Virus record (IMG/VR): IMGVR_UViG_3300014819_000515
Origin: an uncultured virus (IMG/VR IMGVR_UViG_3300014819_000515)
Lineage: Duplodnaviria > Heunggongvirae > Uroviricota > Caudoviricetes
Length of the DNA: 64,000 nucleotides
Strand: one strand, 5' to 3'
Below the pieces are notes generated by a model. That model saw only the letters and a list, made by a program, of their open reading frames with translations, did not search any database and was not told the DNA's origin. Below, one piece after another: positions 1 to 9,474 of the stretch (position 1 is its first letter; each line of letters starts with the position of its first letter). The position numbers and the translations under genes are program-made.

Positions 1-224
1 CCTGTAAAACCAACACCTGATGAACCTGTATAACCTAGAGAACCTGATGATCCTGTGTAACCTGTTGTACCAGCTGAACCCGTAAAACCAGCGCCAGTTG
101 AACCTGTAAATCCTGTAGTACCTTGCGAACCTGTAAATCCAACACCTCCAGATGAACCTGTAAATCCTCCACGTGATGGAAGAGTAACTTTTACTTGTTG
201 ATTCTGACCTTTAATTATTGGCAT
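1..224 (-). CDS. collagen-like Gly-rich fibre protein, 5' part (runs off window)
   Basis: Manual translation MPIIKGQNQQVKVTLPSRGGFTGSSGGVGFTGSQGTTGFTGSTGAGFTGSAGTTGYTGSSGSLGYTGSS; G-(F/Y)-T-G-S repeats; late promoter at 274-281. Confidence 0.8.
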   Translation of the reverse strand, partial: MPIIKGQNQQVKVTLPSRGGFTGSSGGVGFTGSQGTTGFTGSTGAGFTGSAGTTGYTGSSGSLGYTGSSGVGFT

Positions 225-243
225 TTATTTTAAATTTTTTAGA

Positions 244-272
244 TTGACAAATCTACCATATTATGTTATAGT
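244..272 (+). promoter_or_regulatory. sigma70-type promoter TTGACA-N17-TATAGT with extended -10 TG
   Basis: TTGACA 244-249, TATAGT 267-272, upstream of the ORF at 304. Confidence 0.7.
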
Positions 273-273
273 A

Positions 274-285
274 TATTTATAAATA
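274..285. promoter_or_regulatory. overlapping divergent T4 late promoters (TATTTATAAATA)
   Basis: TATAAATA on + (278-285) and on - (274-281), between divergent genes. Confidence 0.7.
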
Positions 286-303
286 ATTTTAACTTTATAA
301 TAA

Positions 304-2331
304 ATGATTTCTATAGCAATTATTGACATTATTGGATTGACTTATGACGGTGATACCTTAAACAAAAGAGGTTTAGGAGGCTCAGAATCCTCCGTTATTT
401 TACTCGCTAAAGAACTTTCTAAAAACAATTTTAAAGTAACTGTATTTAATAATTGTATAGATAAAGAATCAAAAGAAGGAACATTCGATAATGTTCAATA
501 TATAGATCATACCATATTAGATTATAAAAACGACTTTAGTTTTGATGTGGTCATATCTTCCAGAACAGTAATACCATTTTTACCACCTCACTTATATAAC
601 CAATTTGAAAATTTTAAACCTCAAAGATATTCTAAAATAAAACAAAATGCTAAATTTAAAGCAATGTGGATGCATGATACTTTTGCTAAAGGCGATCATC
701 TACTAGAAGATATGATAGTTCACAAAGATATGGATGAAATATTTACTCTTTCAGATTTTCATACTTCTTATGTAACAACATGTGATCATGGTAAAAGAAG
801 AAATTTTGAAGTATTAAAATCTCATATGTTTATGACACGCAATGGTATTGTTCTTTATAAAGATGAAATAGACATAAGACAAAAAGATCCTCATTTATAT
901 GTTTACAATGCTTCTGTTACAAAAGGTATGTTGCCTCTAGTTGAAAATATGTGGGAAAGAATTAAAAAACAAATACCTCAAGCTAAATTAAAAGTAATTG
1001 GTGGATATTATAGATTTAGAGAAAATGCCGAACCAGACGAACAAGAAAAAAAATGGAGAGAATTGGTTGCTGATGAAAAATATAAAAAATTAGATATAGA
1101 GTTTACAGGCATCATTAAACAATCTGAAATAGCAGAATTGATGGCAAAAGCCAGCTTTATGTTATTTCCTGGTGCCTTTCCTGAAACATTCGGTATTTCA
1201 ACTTTAGAATCTTTAGCATATAACACTCCTTTAATTACAACTCGTTTTGGAGCTTTAGAAGAAACTGCCGTTGAACAGGCCTGTTATTTAATCGATTATG
1301 CAATAGAACCAAATAGTCTTTTTAAATTTATTGATAAAAAAGAACAAGAAAATAAATTTGTAAATATGGTTTTACAGGCCAATAATAATAGATATTTACA
1401 TCAACAAAAAATGTATTATTGTAATATTATAAAAGACATTGTGGGTTGGGATTCAATTGCTTTACAATGGAAACAACATATCTATAAAAAACTAGGAGAA
1501 TATCTTTCAAAAGAAGAATACAAACAAGTTAGTCATATCAATTCTAGGGTTAAAAAAATATTTGGTAGAAGATTTAGTAATTACGAAGAAAATTATTTAC
1601 CAAGAAATACACAACAAAGAATTGTTTTAATTACACCTACTTATAATGCTTCTAAATATATTGAGAGATGTATCAAATCGGTTATTACACAAGACTATGA
1701 TAATTATTTAATGGTTGTTATTGATGATTGCTCTACAGATAATACTTATGAGTTGGCTAAAAAATATGAAAGTGATAAGATTAAAGTGATACGAAATATA
1801 GAAAATAAAGGTGCTGTAAGAAATCAAATAGAATCAATAAACAATTTTTGTGAACGTGATGATATCGTAATGTTTTTAGATGGTGATGATTCTTTAGTAA
1901 ACGACAATCAAATATTTCATTTTTATAATAATCTTTATGATGGTACAACTGAGTTTAGTTATGGTTCATGTTGGTCAATGGTAGATAATATACCTTTAGT
2001 ATCTCAACCTTATCCAGAACAAATTAAAAAAGAAAAGAAATACAGACAATACAAATTTAATTGGAACATGCCTTATACTCATTTAAGAACATTTAAGGCC
2101 TCTCTCTTAGAAAATGTAAATGAGAATATGTTTAAAGATGAAAAAGGAAATTGGTACAAAGCAGGAGGAGATGGTTCTATTTTTTATACTCTTATAGAAA
2201 AATGTCAACCTGAAAAGATCAAAGTGGTACAGGACATTGTTTATAACTATAATGACACTCACTCTTTAAATGATTACAAAATAAACGCAGAAGAACAAAC
2301 TAAAAACGCAAATAGGATATTAACTCAATGA
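304..2331 (+). CDS. glycosyltransferase fusion, GT4-like (GT-B) plus GT2 (GT-A)
   Basis: LGGSESS N-terminus and FPETFGISTLESLA (GT4 E-x7-E); C-terminal ITPTYNA..IDDCSTD..FLDGDD (GT2). Confidence 0.9.
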   Translation: MISIAIIDIIGLTYDGDTLNKRGLGGSESSVILLAKELSKNNFKVTVFNNCIDKESKEGTFDNVQYIDHTILDYKNDFSFDVVISSRTVIPFLPPHLYNQFENFKPQRYSKIKQNAKFKAMWMHDTFAKGDHLLEDMIVHKDMDEIFTLSDFHTSYVTTCDHGKRRNFEVLKSHMFMTRNGIVLYKDEIDIRQKDPHLYVYNASVTKGMLPLVENMWERIKKQIPQAKLKVIGGYYRFRENAEPDEQEKKWRELVADEKYKKLDIEFTGIIKQSEIAELMAKASFMLFPGAFPETFGISTLESLAYNTPLITTRFGALEETAVEQACYLIDYAIEPNSLFKFIDKKEQENKFVNMVLQANNNRYLHQQKMYYCNIIKDIVGWDSIALQWKQHIYKKLGEYLSKEEYKQVSHINSRVKKIFGRRFSNYEENYLPRNTQQRIVLITPTYNASKYIERCIKSVITQDYDNYLMVVIDDCSTDNTYELAKKYESDKIKVIRNIENKGAVRNQIESINNFCERDDIVMFLDGDDSLVNDNQIFHFYNNLYDGTTEFSYGSCWSMVDNIPLVSQPYPEQIKKEKKYRQYKFNWNMPYTHLRTFKASLLENVNENMFKDEKGNWYKAGGDGSIFYTLIEKCQPEKIKVVQDIVYNYNDTHSLNDYKINAEEQTKNANRILTQ

Positions 2332-3659
2332 AAAAGATATTAATCGCCATACCAACAAACAAATATGTTGAAACAAAAACAATGAAGGCCATTTATGATC
2401 TTGAAATTCCTGATGGTTATACTACTGAACTACAATTTTTCTTTGGTTATCAAATAGATCAAATAAGAAATTTAATAGCAAGTTGGTCCACTCATTATGA
2501 TTATTTGTTTTCGGTTGATAGTGATATTTCATTTACACCAGATACACTTAAAAAACTTTTAAGTCATAATAAAGATATGGTATCTGGCCTTTATATACAA
2601 AGAAAACAAAACGAACATATATTAGAAGTTTATGAACCTAACGATAGAGGTGGTTGTTCAAATATACCATTCGAAAAAATAAAGAATATTCCATTAGTAG
2701 AATTGGTAGCTTGTGGTATGGGTTGTGTATTAATTAAAGGAGAAGTTTTTAGATCAATACCTTATCCTCATTTTGTTTATCATTCAGCAATAGATCATAA
2801 AAATACAATATCGGAAGATGTTGATTTTTGTAGAAAAGTTAAAGCAAAAGGTTTTGGAATATTTGCTGATACAACAGTACATTGTGAACATATAGGTAAT
2901 ACAATTTTTAAAATAGAAAGTACACCCAATACACCAACTGTAAATAAAAAAGAAATTAATATACCTGATAGATTAAAAGAATTATCAAATAAAAAATTAT
3001 TACCTTCAATACATGTAGATTATTTAAAGAGTTTAAGTATATCACCAAAAGTAATTTATGATATAGGTGCTTCAGTTTTACATTGGACAAATGAAGCTAA
3101 AACAATATGGCCAAATGCGGACTATATTCTTTTTGAAGCAATGCCTGAATGTGAATTTTTATATAAAGAAAACAATTTACAATATCATATTGGTGTATTA
3201 AGTGATGTAAACGATAGAGAAGTTAATTTTTATCAAAACAATTATCATCCTGGTGGAAATAGTTATTATAAAGAAAATGAACAAATAAATCCTGAATCTA
3301 CTAGATTATATAATGAAAGTAATAAAAAATTATATAAAACTAAAACTTTAGATAGTATTATAAGTTCAAAAAACCTGCCTATGCCAGATTTAATAAAGAT
3401 AGATGTACAAGGCGCTGAATTAGATGTACTAAAAGGATCTAAAGAAGCCTTAAAAAATTGTAAAGATTTAATATTAGAATTGCAAATAGTGGAATATAAC
3501 AAAGGTGCACCACTAAGAGATGAAGTAATTAAGTATGTTGAGAATTTAGGTTTTAGATTAATTTCAGGACCTTTTTGTGATAATGGTCCAGATGGAGATT
3601 ATCATTTTTCAAAAAACAATGTAGAAATAAAAATACCTACAAATAAATTTTTTGATTAA
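2328..3659 (+). CDS. GT-A glycosyltransferase fused to FkbM-family methyltransferase
   Basis: ILIAIPT..VDSD..GMGCVLIK..SEDVDFC, then YDIGA..FEA..IKIDVQGAELDVLKG. Confidence 0.88.
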   Translation: MKKILIAIPTNKYVETKTMKAIYDLEIPDGYTTELQFFFGYQIDQIRNLIASWSTHYDYLFSVDSDISFTPDTLKKLLSHNKDMVSGLYIQRKQNEHILEVYEPNDRGGCSNIPFEKIKNIPLVELVACGMGCVLIKGEVFRSIPYPHFVYHSAIDHKNTISEDVDFCRKVKAKGFGIFADTTVHCEHIGNTIFKIESTPNTPTVNKKEINIPDRLKELSNKKLLPSIHVDYLKSLSISPKVIYDIGASVLHWTNEAKTIWPNADYILFEAMPECEFLYKENNLQYHIGVLSDVNDREVNFYQNNYHPGGNSYYKENEQINPESTRLYNESNKKLYKTKTLDSIISSKNLPMPDLIKIDVQGAELDVLKGSKEALKNCKDLILELQIVEYNKGAPLRDEVIKYVENLGFRLISGPFCDNGPDGDYHFSKNNVEIKIPTNKFFD

Positions 3660-4003
3660 GGAGTATAAGTAGAAACTACACCAGGATAAACAGTAATAAT
3701 ACCCTCTACTACACGAGTTACTGTACTGTCAAGCGTATTAGTTATTTGCACATCATATACCCAACGGCCATCTTCTAATAAAGCTGTTGTAGCTGGGTCT
3801 AATTGTATAGTTACAATTCCATCAGCTTCATAAACCGTAATATCAAAATATACTCTTTCATAATTATTAGAATATCCTTTGGACATTTTTCCTTGAGCCG
3901 TGTGATTAGCTAAACTAAAAGCTGTGCCATCACTATTTTGAACTGTAACATCACTTGAAAAAGATGCACCGGCATCAATATATAAATTTGCAATATATGC
4001 CAT
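3656..4003 (-). CDS. small virion structural protein (fibre/baseplate-associated, BppU-N-like)
   Basis: ANLYIDAGASF..GRWVYDV..TRVVEGIITV pattern typical of T4-like structural proteins. Confidence 0.6.
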   Translation of the reverse strand: MAYIANLYIDAGASFSSDVTVQNSDGTAFSLANHTAQGKMSKGYSNNYERVYFDITVYEADGIVTIQLDPATTALLEDGRWVYDVQITNTLDSTVTRVVEGIITVYPGVVSTYTP

Positions 4004-4006
4004 TTA

Positions 4007-4216
4007 TTATTTTATTTCTTCTTTTGTTTCTTCTAATTTTTTTAATTCTTCATTAATTTTAGCATTATAATAGTTTGTAAGAACGTCAATCTTTTCAAGT
4101 TCCATAACTATATTAATTCTATTGCCTTGTATTTGTTGTCTTGCTATGATGTAATTTTTTAATATTTCATCAAACGTAGTTTCGTCATATTCAGTACCGT
4201 TAATTGTAATTGCCAT
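4007..4216 (-). CDS. hypothetical coiled-coil protein
   Basis: 69 aa ORF, AGGAG RBS, late promoter at 4251-4258. Confidence 0.75.
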   Translation of the reverse strand: MAITINGTEYDETTFDEILKNYIIARQQIQGNRINIVMELEKIDVLTNYYNAKINEELKKLEETKEEIK

Positions 4217-4250
4217 TGTAAATCACTCCTTTAATTAATTTTATTAATAC

Positions 4251-4269
4251 TATTTATACTATATAAATA
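4251..4269. promoter_or_regulatory. divergent pair of T4 late promoters
   Basis: TATTTATA 4251-4258 (-) and TATAAATA 4262-4269 (+). Confidence 0.7.
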
Positions 4270-4286
4270 TTACTATATAACAAAAA

Positions 4287-4763
4287 ATGATAATTATGGA
4301 ACCATTATTACACCTAAATTATGAACTTGATAAAAGTCTAATTTTAAAAGAATCAGAAGAAGCTAAAAAAGAGAGAAGGTTTTATACTGATACTCGTTAT
4401 CCTAAAAGATTATACATAGAATGGTTATTAAGTTTATACAAAGGTAAGTATATGTATAAAGTTATGAAAGATTTTGAAGTTAAAGGACAACCTAAATTTT
4501 ACTGGCTTAAACCTAATTACACTTTACCCACACACGTTGATAATGGAACAACCTGTTCATTAAATTTTTTATTAAGTGAAGATAATGCTGCCGTAACAAT
4601 AAATGGGAAAGAATATTTTTATAAAAATGCTTTATTAAACACCCAACAACCTCATAGTGTTAAAAACGGAAACAAAGAAAGATTGTTATTTAAGATTTCA
4701 ATATTTAATGAAAGTTTTGAGTCAGTTGCAAACAAAATAATAAAAAAAGGTTATAGTGTTTGA
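4287..4763 (+). CDS. 2OG-Fe(II)/cupin dioxygenase-like protein
   Basis: LPTHVD..LLNTQQPHSV..ERLLFKIS: HxD..H..R pattern. Confidence 0.7.
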   Translation: MIIMEPLLHLNYELDKSLILKESEEAKKERRFYTDTRYPKRLYIEWLLSLYKGKYMYKVMKDFEVKGQPKFYWLKPNYTLPTHVDNGTTCSLNFLLSEDNAAVTINGKEYFYKNALLNTQQPHSVKNGNKERLLFKISIFNESFESVANKIIKKGYSV

Positions 4764-5409
4764 TATAGATAAAGATATACCTGGTTGGATGAGTATAAAA
4801 GAATTATTTATATTATCTTCACTAGCTAATATGTGTCCCGTGAATGGATCTATTTTAGAAATAGGATGTTTTTTAGGAAGATCAACAACAGCGTTATATA
4901 AAGGAAAACATACATCTGTTCAATTAGATGTAGTTGACCATTTTCAAAAAGGAGAACACGCTTATTATAATAAAAATAAATATAAAAAATATCCTTTGCG
5001 ACCAATTCCAGGCGATTTAAAAATATATAACGAAGCTATAAAAATTATTAAAACACACGGATGGGAAGAAGCATTTAAATTTTGTGTAGGAGAAGAAATT
5101 TATAATAGTTTAAATGTATATCCTATTACAAGTAAAGAATTTAAAAAAAATAAATCATATGACTTAGTGTTTATAGATGGTTCACATTTGTATGAAGATA
5201 TTTTTCACGACATTAAAAAATATTCAGGCAATAATACTTTATTAATAGGCGATGATTTTAATTTTTATTATCCAGACGTAAGCAAAGCAATAAATGTATT
5301 AAGAAATAACAGAACGCTTTGGGTATTTGAAAATACAAAATTATGGGCATTAATACCTAAATTAGGACACTGGAAAGATAAATTTAATAGTAAAATGTTT
5401 TTATTATAA
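4756..5409 (+). CDS. class I SAM methyltransferase (Methyltransf_24-like)
   Basis: LEIGCFLGRST, DLVFIDGSHLYE, GDDF. Confidence 0.85.
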   Translation: MFDIDKDIPGWMSIKELFILSSLANMCPVNGSILEIGCFLGRSTTALYKGKHTSVQLDVVDHFQKGEHAYYNKNKYKKYPLRPIPGDLKIYNEAIKIIKTHGWEEAFKFCVGEEIYNSLNVYPITSKEFKKNKSYDLVFIDGSHLYEDIFHDIKKYSGNNTLLIGDDFNFYYPDVSKAINVLRNNRTLWVFENTKLWALIPKLGHWKDKFNSKMFLL

Positions 5410-5419
5410 TATAAAATAT

Positions 5420-6055
5420 ATGGACAAACTTAAAATATTACAAATAGATAGTAAAAATTGGAAAAAATATGAAAATTTTTTAAAAGACATTAATAAACAA
5501 TCAAAACAAGACTATAGTAAAGCTTCTCAAAATATGGTTTGGGAAGATTGGGAAAATAATTCGAAATCTTTAATGCACACTTTAGTTAAACAAAAAAGAT
5601 ATGACCATCCTAAAGGCATTTTTAATATAGTAATTAAAGACAATATTATAATATATTGTAGTGGTTGTTACGAAAGCGATTGGTCAAAAGATGTTTTAAT
5701 TATGGGAGTAAGAACTTGGACACATCCTGAATATAGAAAAGAATGGTGGAAAGGAAATCCAATAATACCTGTACAACTAGAGTTTGCTAAAAAGAATAAT
5801 TATAAAGCTGTCATATTTACTTTTAATGAATATAATCTATGGCTAGCAAAAATAATGGACAGAACAACTAAAAATAAAGCAATTGTTTTGGGTCGCAAAA
5901 ATTCTAACATATATAAAGATTTTCATTTACTAGATAAATATTATTTGATAAAAAATACAAAACAAAAAATATCTGTTAATTTATTAAATTGTACCATGAA
6001 AGAATTTCAACAAAATTATTTACCAAAGGAATACAATGTTACCAGTATGGGCTAA
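5420..6055 (+). CDS. GNAT-fold acyltransferase-like protein
   Basis: VRTWTHPEYRK resembles GNAT motif A; LEFAKKNNYKAV. Confidence 0.55.
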   Translation: MDKLKILQIDSKNWKKYENFLKDINKQSKQDYSKASQNMVWEDWENNSKSLMHTLVKQKRYDHPKGIFNIVIKDNIIIYCSGCYESDWSKDVLIMGVRTWTHPEYRKEWWKGNPIIPVQLEFAKKNNYKAVIFTFNEYNLWLAKIMDRTTKNKAIVLGRKNSNIYKDFHLLDKYYLIKNTKQKISVNLLNCTMKEFQQNYLPKEYNVTSMG

Positions 6056-6800
6056 TATAAATTTTGATTTTAATCAACAAAAAATAGAAGAAGAATTGTT
6101 AAACAACAATATTTTTGATAAAGGCGTAGTTGCTACAACTGATTATAATGATGAGGGTCGTAGTCGTTGGGATCCAAATGGAGATATTTTCCCAGAAGAA
6201 ATTTTTAAAAAGAATAAACTTATACATCATTATAAACAAAAAAATGGTGAAAGAGAATTAGTTAAGGGTCAATATAATACCTTTCAAATGTTAAATTTAA
6301 CTTATTTACCAGAAAAAGAAATAACAAAACAACAATCATGGGAAGGAAGTTTAGAAAAAAAAGATAAACGACCTTTATGGATTAAATATAGACAACCTTG
6401 GTCTTGGAGAGAAGATCTGAATATACCTTATACAAAAAAAATTATTAAATCTTTACCTATAGAATATGTTTTAACTGTTCGTTGTATATTGCAAGAACCA
6501 CCTAGTATAGGCGTTGTACATAAAGATAATGGCCCCATTACAAATAAAGATTTCTTTGATAGTGGTTTTTGTTCTTTAACGTTAAATATAGCAGATGGTG
6601 GAGCAAATTTATGGGCTAAAAGTTATAAAACAGAAAAAAAATTTAAAATAGATGAAAGTAAATATAAAGCTTGGCACTTTGATGATGCTTGTTTACATTG
6701 TACATCTGAAGTAAAAAGTCGTAGAATACAATTGAGAATATTTGCTAAATTAAATAAACCCTACACTGAAATATTAGATTTAAAAAATGCTGAATATTGA
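6036..6800 (+). CDS. 2OG-Fe(II) dioxygenase-like protein
   Basis: GVVHKD..FDDACLHCT..RIQLRI. Confidence 0.6.
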   Translation: MLPVWANINFDFNQQKIEEELLNNNIFDKGVVATTDYNDEGRSRWDPNGDIFPEEIFKKNKLIHHYKQKNGERELVKGQYNTFQMLNLTYLPEKEITKQQSWEGSLEKKDKRPLWIKYRQPWSWREDLNIPYTKKIIKSLPIEYVLTVRCILQEPPSIGVVHKDNGPITNKDFFDSGFCSLTLNIADGGANLWAKSYKTEKKFKIDESKYKAWHFDDACLHCTSEVKSRRIQLRIFAKLNKPYTEILDLKNAEY

Positions 6801-7485
6801 AAACTATAAAAAATTATTGTTTTGTCCTTTAGATTTTCCAACCCCTCCTGAAGTGGATTATAATAAATTTAATGAATGGCACTTAGAACAATTAGAATAT
6901 AATAAAAAACATAATAAGACAGCCTTAGTAGCTAATGGAAAAGATGACTATCCTTGGGAAGTAAGTTGGGCATTATGGTGGAACACTTATGATAAACCAA
7001 ATCCTTGGATATGTGATTTTGATAAAAAATTTCCTGAATTGATAGAATATATAAAAGAGTATCCTTTTGTACAAGCAAAAAGTATTAGTTTTTTAAATCA
7101 AAAAGAAAGTAGAGATGTTTATTTACATACTGATCCTGATAATAGGTGGGGTATGAGGTTTTATTTAAAAAATGGTTTGGGTGAAAAACTATATTTTGTT
7201 AAAAGTTTAAAACCAAGAGAAGAACGTTTAAAAACAATGAAAGATGGTAAGTACAATGATCTATGGGAAAATAGTCAAAAAGAAAAATTATATGCCAAAT
7301 TTCCTAATCAAAGATGTGCTTGGATGTTAAACAGTATGGATGCTTTTCACGGAGTTGAAAAAAATCCTAGTCCAGTAGGCAATAGAATTAGTTGTGTACT
7401 AATAGGTGATTATGATTATAAAAAATTGTTTCAGTTATTTGATCGCAGTATTAAAAAATACAAAGATTATGCTATTTGGTATTAA
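6787..7485 (+). CDS. 2OG-Fe(II) dioxygenase-like protein
   Basis: YLHTDPD..WMLNSMDAFHGV..RISC. Confidence 0.6.
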   Translation: MLNIENYKKLLFCPLDFPTPPEVDYNKFNEWHLEQLEYNKKHNKTALVANGKDDYPWEVSWALWWNTYDKPNPWICDFDKKFPELIEYIKEYPFVQAKSISFLNQKESRDVYLHTDPDNRWGMRFYLKNGLGEKLYFVKSLKPREERLKTMKDGKYNDLWENSQKEKLYAKFPNQRCAWMLNSMDAFHGVEKNPSPVGNRISCVLIGDYDYKKLFQLFDRSIKKYKDYAIWY

Positions 7486-8278
7486 TTTTTTTATCAGTTC
7501 TAATTAAATCTATAATAAAAGCAGTTATATCAAATTCCCACCACTTTTTTTTAAACGTGTAACTTCTTGTATTATAATGGTGATTATTATGCCAGCCTTC
7601 TCCCCAAGTCATAAAAGCAACTAAAGGATTATTAACAGAATCGTCTTTAATAATAAAATTTTTATATCCACCTGGAAACCAGTTTGAATGATTTATATAA
7701 TTGCTTAATACACTAGACCACACTTGACATACTATGGGCATAGCAAATAAAAAAACAAATCCAGCTGATCCAAATAGTAAAGTTAACAATAATGCCCAAC
7801 CAATTAGTATTAAAAAATAATAACTATGTAAAAAGAAATGATACCTATTAACTATTAAATCTCTTACTGTAAATTTATTACCATTCGTTATATAATTAGG
7901 AAACAACACTTTCCAACCTTGATATTTGGGACTGTGTGGATCATGTTCATCATCACTATGTTTATGATGTTGTCTGTGTATTGCAACCCAACCTATACTA
8001 GAACCAGTACCACCTACACAACCAAAAAATGTGAATACGTATTCTACCCACTTAGGCATTTTAAAACTTTTATGGCTTAAATATCTATGAAATGTAAGAG
8101 TAATGCCTAAACAACCAGTTATAAAATAACAAAATAGGCCAATTAACCACCACTGCAAACCATAGTTACCAAATATAAAAGCTAACAATAATGTAATTGT
8201 TAATAATATTTGAATAAATGTAAAATATCTTGTATTTGCGATAAACAGTTTTTTCATGTTTTTATATAAAGTTGACAT
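7472..8278 (-). CDS. membrane fatty acid (acyl-CoA delta-9-type) desaturase
   Basis: Three His boxes HRYLSH, HRQHH, HNNHH; DPHSP; GEGWHNNHH; KWWEFD; TM helices. Confidence 0.95.
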   Translation of the reverse strand: MSTLYKNMKKLFIANTRYFTFIQILLTITLLLAFIFGNYGLQWWLIGLFCYFITGCLGITLTFHRYLSHKSFKMPKWVEYVFTFFGCVGGTGSSIGWVAIHRQHHKHSDDEHDPHSPKYQGWKVLFPNYITNGNKFTVRDLIVNRYHFFLHSYYFLILIGWALLLTLLFGSAGFVFLFAMPIVCQVWSSVLSNYINHSNWFPGGYKNFIIKDDSVNNPLVAFMTWGEGWHNNHHYNTRSYTFKKKWWEFDITAFIIDLIRTDKKINTK

Positions 8279-8308
8279 AATAGTATAAATAGTGTATACT
8301 TATTTATA
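8272..8308. promoter_or_regulatory. composite promoter: sigma70 (+), late (+) and late (-)
   Basis: TTGACA 8272-8277, N17, TATACT 8295-8300; TATAAATA 8284-8291; TATTTATA 8301-8308. Confidence 0.7.
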
Positions 8309-8309
8309 C

Positions 8310-9470
8310 ATGATTACTAGGCGATTAAATTATAACGATCTTGATAAAATTGATGAATTGATAGATTTACGATGGAAACAAGTACATAAAAAAAGAAACT
8401 CAACTCACAATATCACATTAAAAAAAAGAATTAGAGAATATATATTATCGTCTAATAATATTGATAATAATAAAAACATTGAAGGCCTAGGACAAGTATT
8501 TGGATGTTTTGATGATGAAGGTTCTTTGATATCCTTTTTAACTCAAAAATTTTGGAGAAAAATGCCTATTCATTATCTAGGCAACATGACAGTTAGGCCA
8601 AAAGTTTCTAATTTATATAATATTGAATCTATAGGATTGGGTAAATGCTGGGACAATGCTGTTAAATTTGCAGAATCACATAAATTTTATCAATGGTATT
8701 GGATTACTGAAATTAAAGGATGGAACAAAAGAGAAGAAGAATGGTTTAAAAATAGCTCAGCATTTAAAAGATATCATATTTTTATAGATAGTATGTATCA
8801 TAAATTTGAAAAAGGTCAGTTTAAGTATCAAAATATGATGTTAGGAGAGGCAGCAATAGCAAACACCACAGTTGCAATTAAATATGCTATATTAAAACCA
8901 AAATTTTTACATAATATATTTCAACAAAAAGGTTATTTAAAAGATGATTTTATTCCAATTCAATACAGTAATCTACATGATGAACATGATAAACAAATAA
9001 TCTATAAAGAAATAAAAGATTTTAATGAAATTGTTAAAGTTACTAAAGATGAAAGTAATATGTTAGTTGAAAAAGAATATTATCAAAAAAACTTTCCAGA
9101 TATTGCAGAAGGAGAACACAAATATTTTGGCGCTTACGAAAACGAAAAATTGATAGGCACTAGTTCAATGATTAAATATTATGATAATGAAGATAATAAA
9201 AAAAAAATATATCATTTATGGTCTTGGACACAACCTAATTATAGACGCAAAAAAATTTGGTTAAATTTAATGAAATTAAAGGCAAACTATATAAAAAAAA
9301 ACAACTGGTGTGAAGATAACACTCTAAATATTGTTACAGTTTCAAAAGAAGATACTCGATATAAAAATATAGGTTGGTTAGAAGCGTATGAAATCGACAA
9401 AACATATAAAGAAAAATCACTAAAAAAAACCATATGGTATAGTTTATGGAAAAATTATAAAAATATATGA
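8310..9470 (+). CDS. tandem GNAT-like acyltransferase
   Basis: ATG 8310 follows the promoter; C-terminal YFGAYENEKLIGT..SWTQPNYRRKKI (GNAT motif A); N-terminal RRLNYNDL..VFGCFDDEG is also GNAT-like. Confidence 0.6.
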   Translation: MITRRLNYNDLDKIDELIDLRWKQVHKKRNSTHNITLKKRIREYILSSNNIDNNKNIEGLGQVFGCFDDEGSLISFLTQKFWRKMPIHYLGNMTVRPKVSNLYNIESIGLGKCWDNAVKFAESHKFYQWYWITEIKGWNKREEEWFKNSSAFKRYHIFIDSMYHKFEKGQFKYQNMMLGEAAIANTTVAIKYAILKPKFLHNIFQQKGYLKDDFIPIQYSNLHDEHDKQIIYKEIKDFNEIVKVTKDESNMLVEKEYYQKNFPDIAEGEHKYFGAYENEKLIGTSSMIKYYDNEDNKKKIYHLWSWTQPNYRRKKIWLNLMKLKANYIKKNNWCEDNTLNIVTVSKEDTRYKNIGWLEAYEIDKTYKEKSLKKTIWYSLWKNYKNI

Positions 9471-9474
9471 GCAA

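Noticed and set aside
1..170. GAACCTGTA-type repeats resembling a CRISPR or tandem array
   Set aside because: They encode GxTGS protein repeats; there are no constant repeats with unique spacers.
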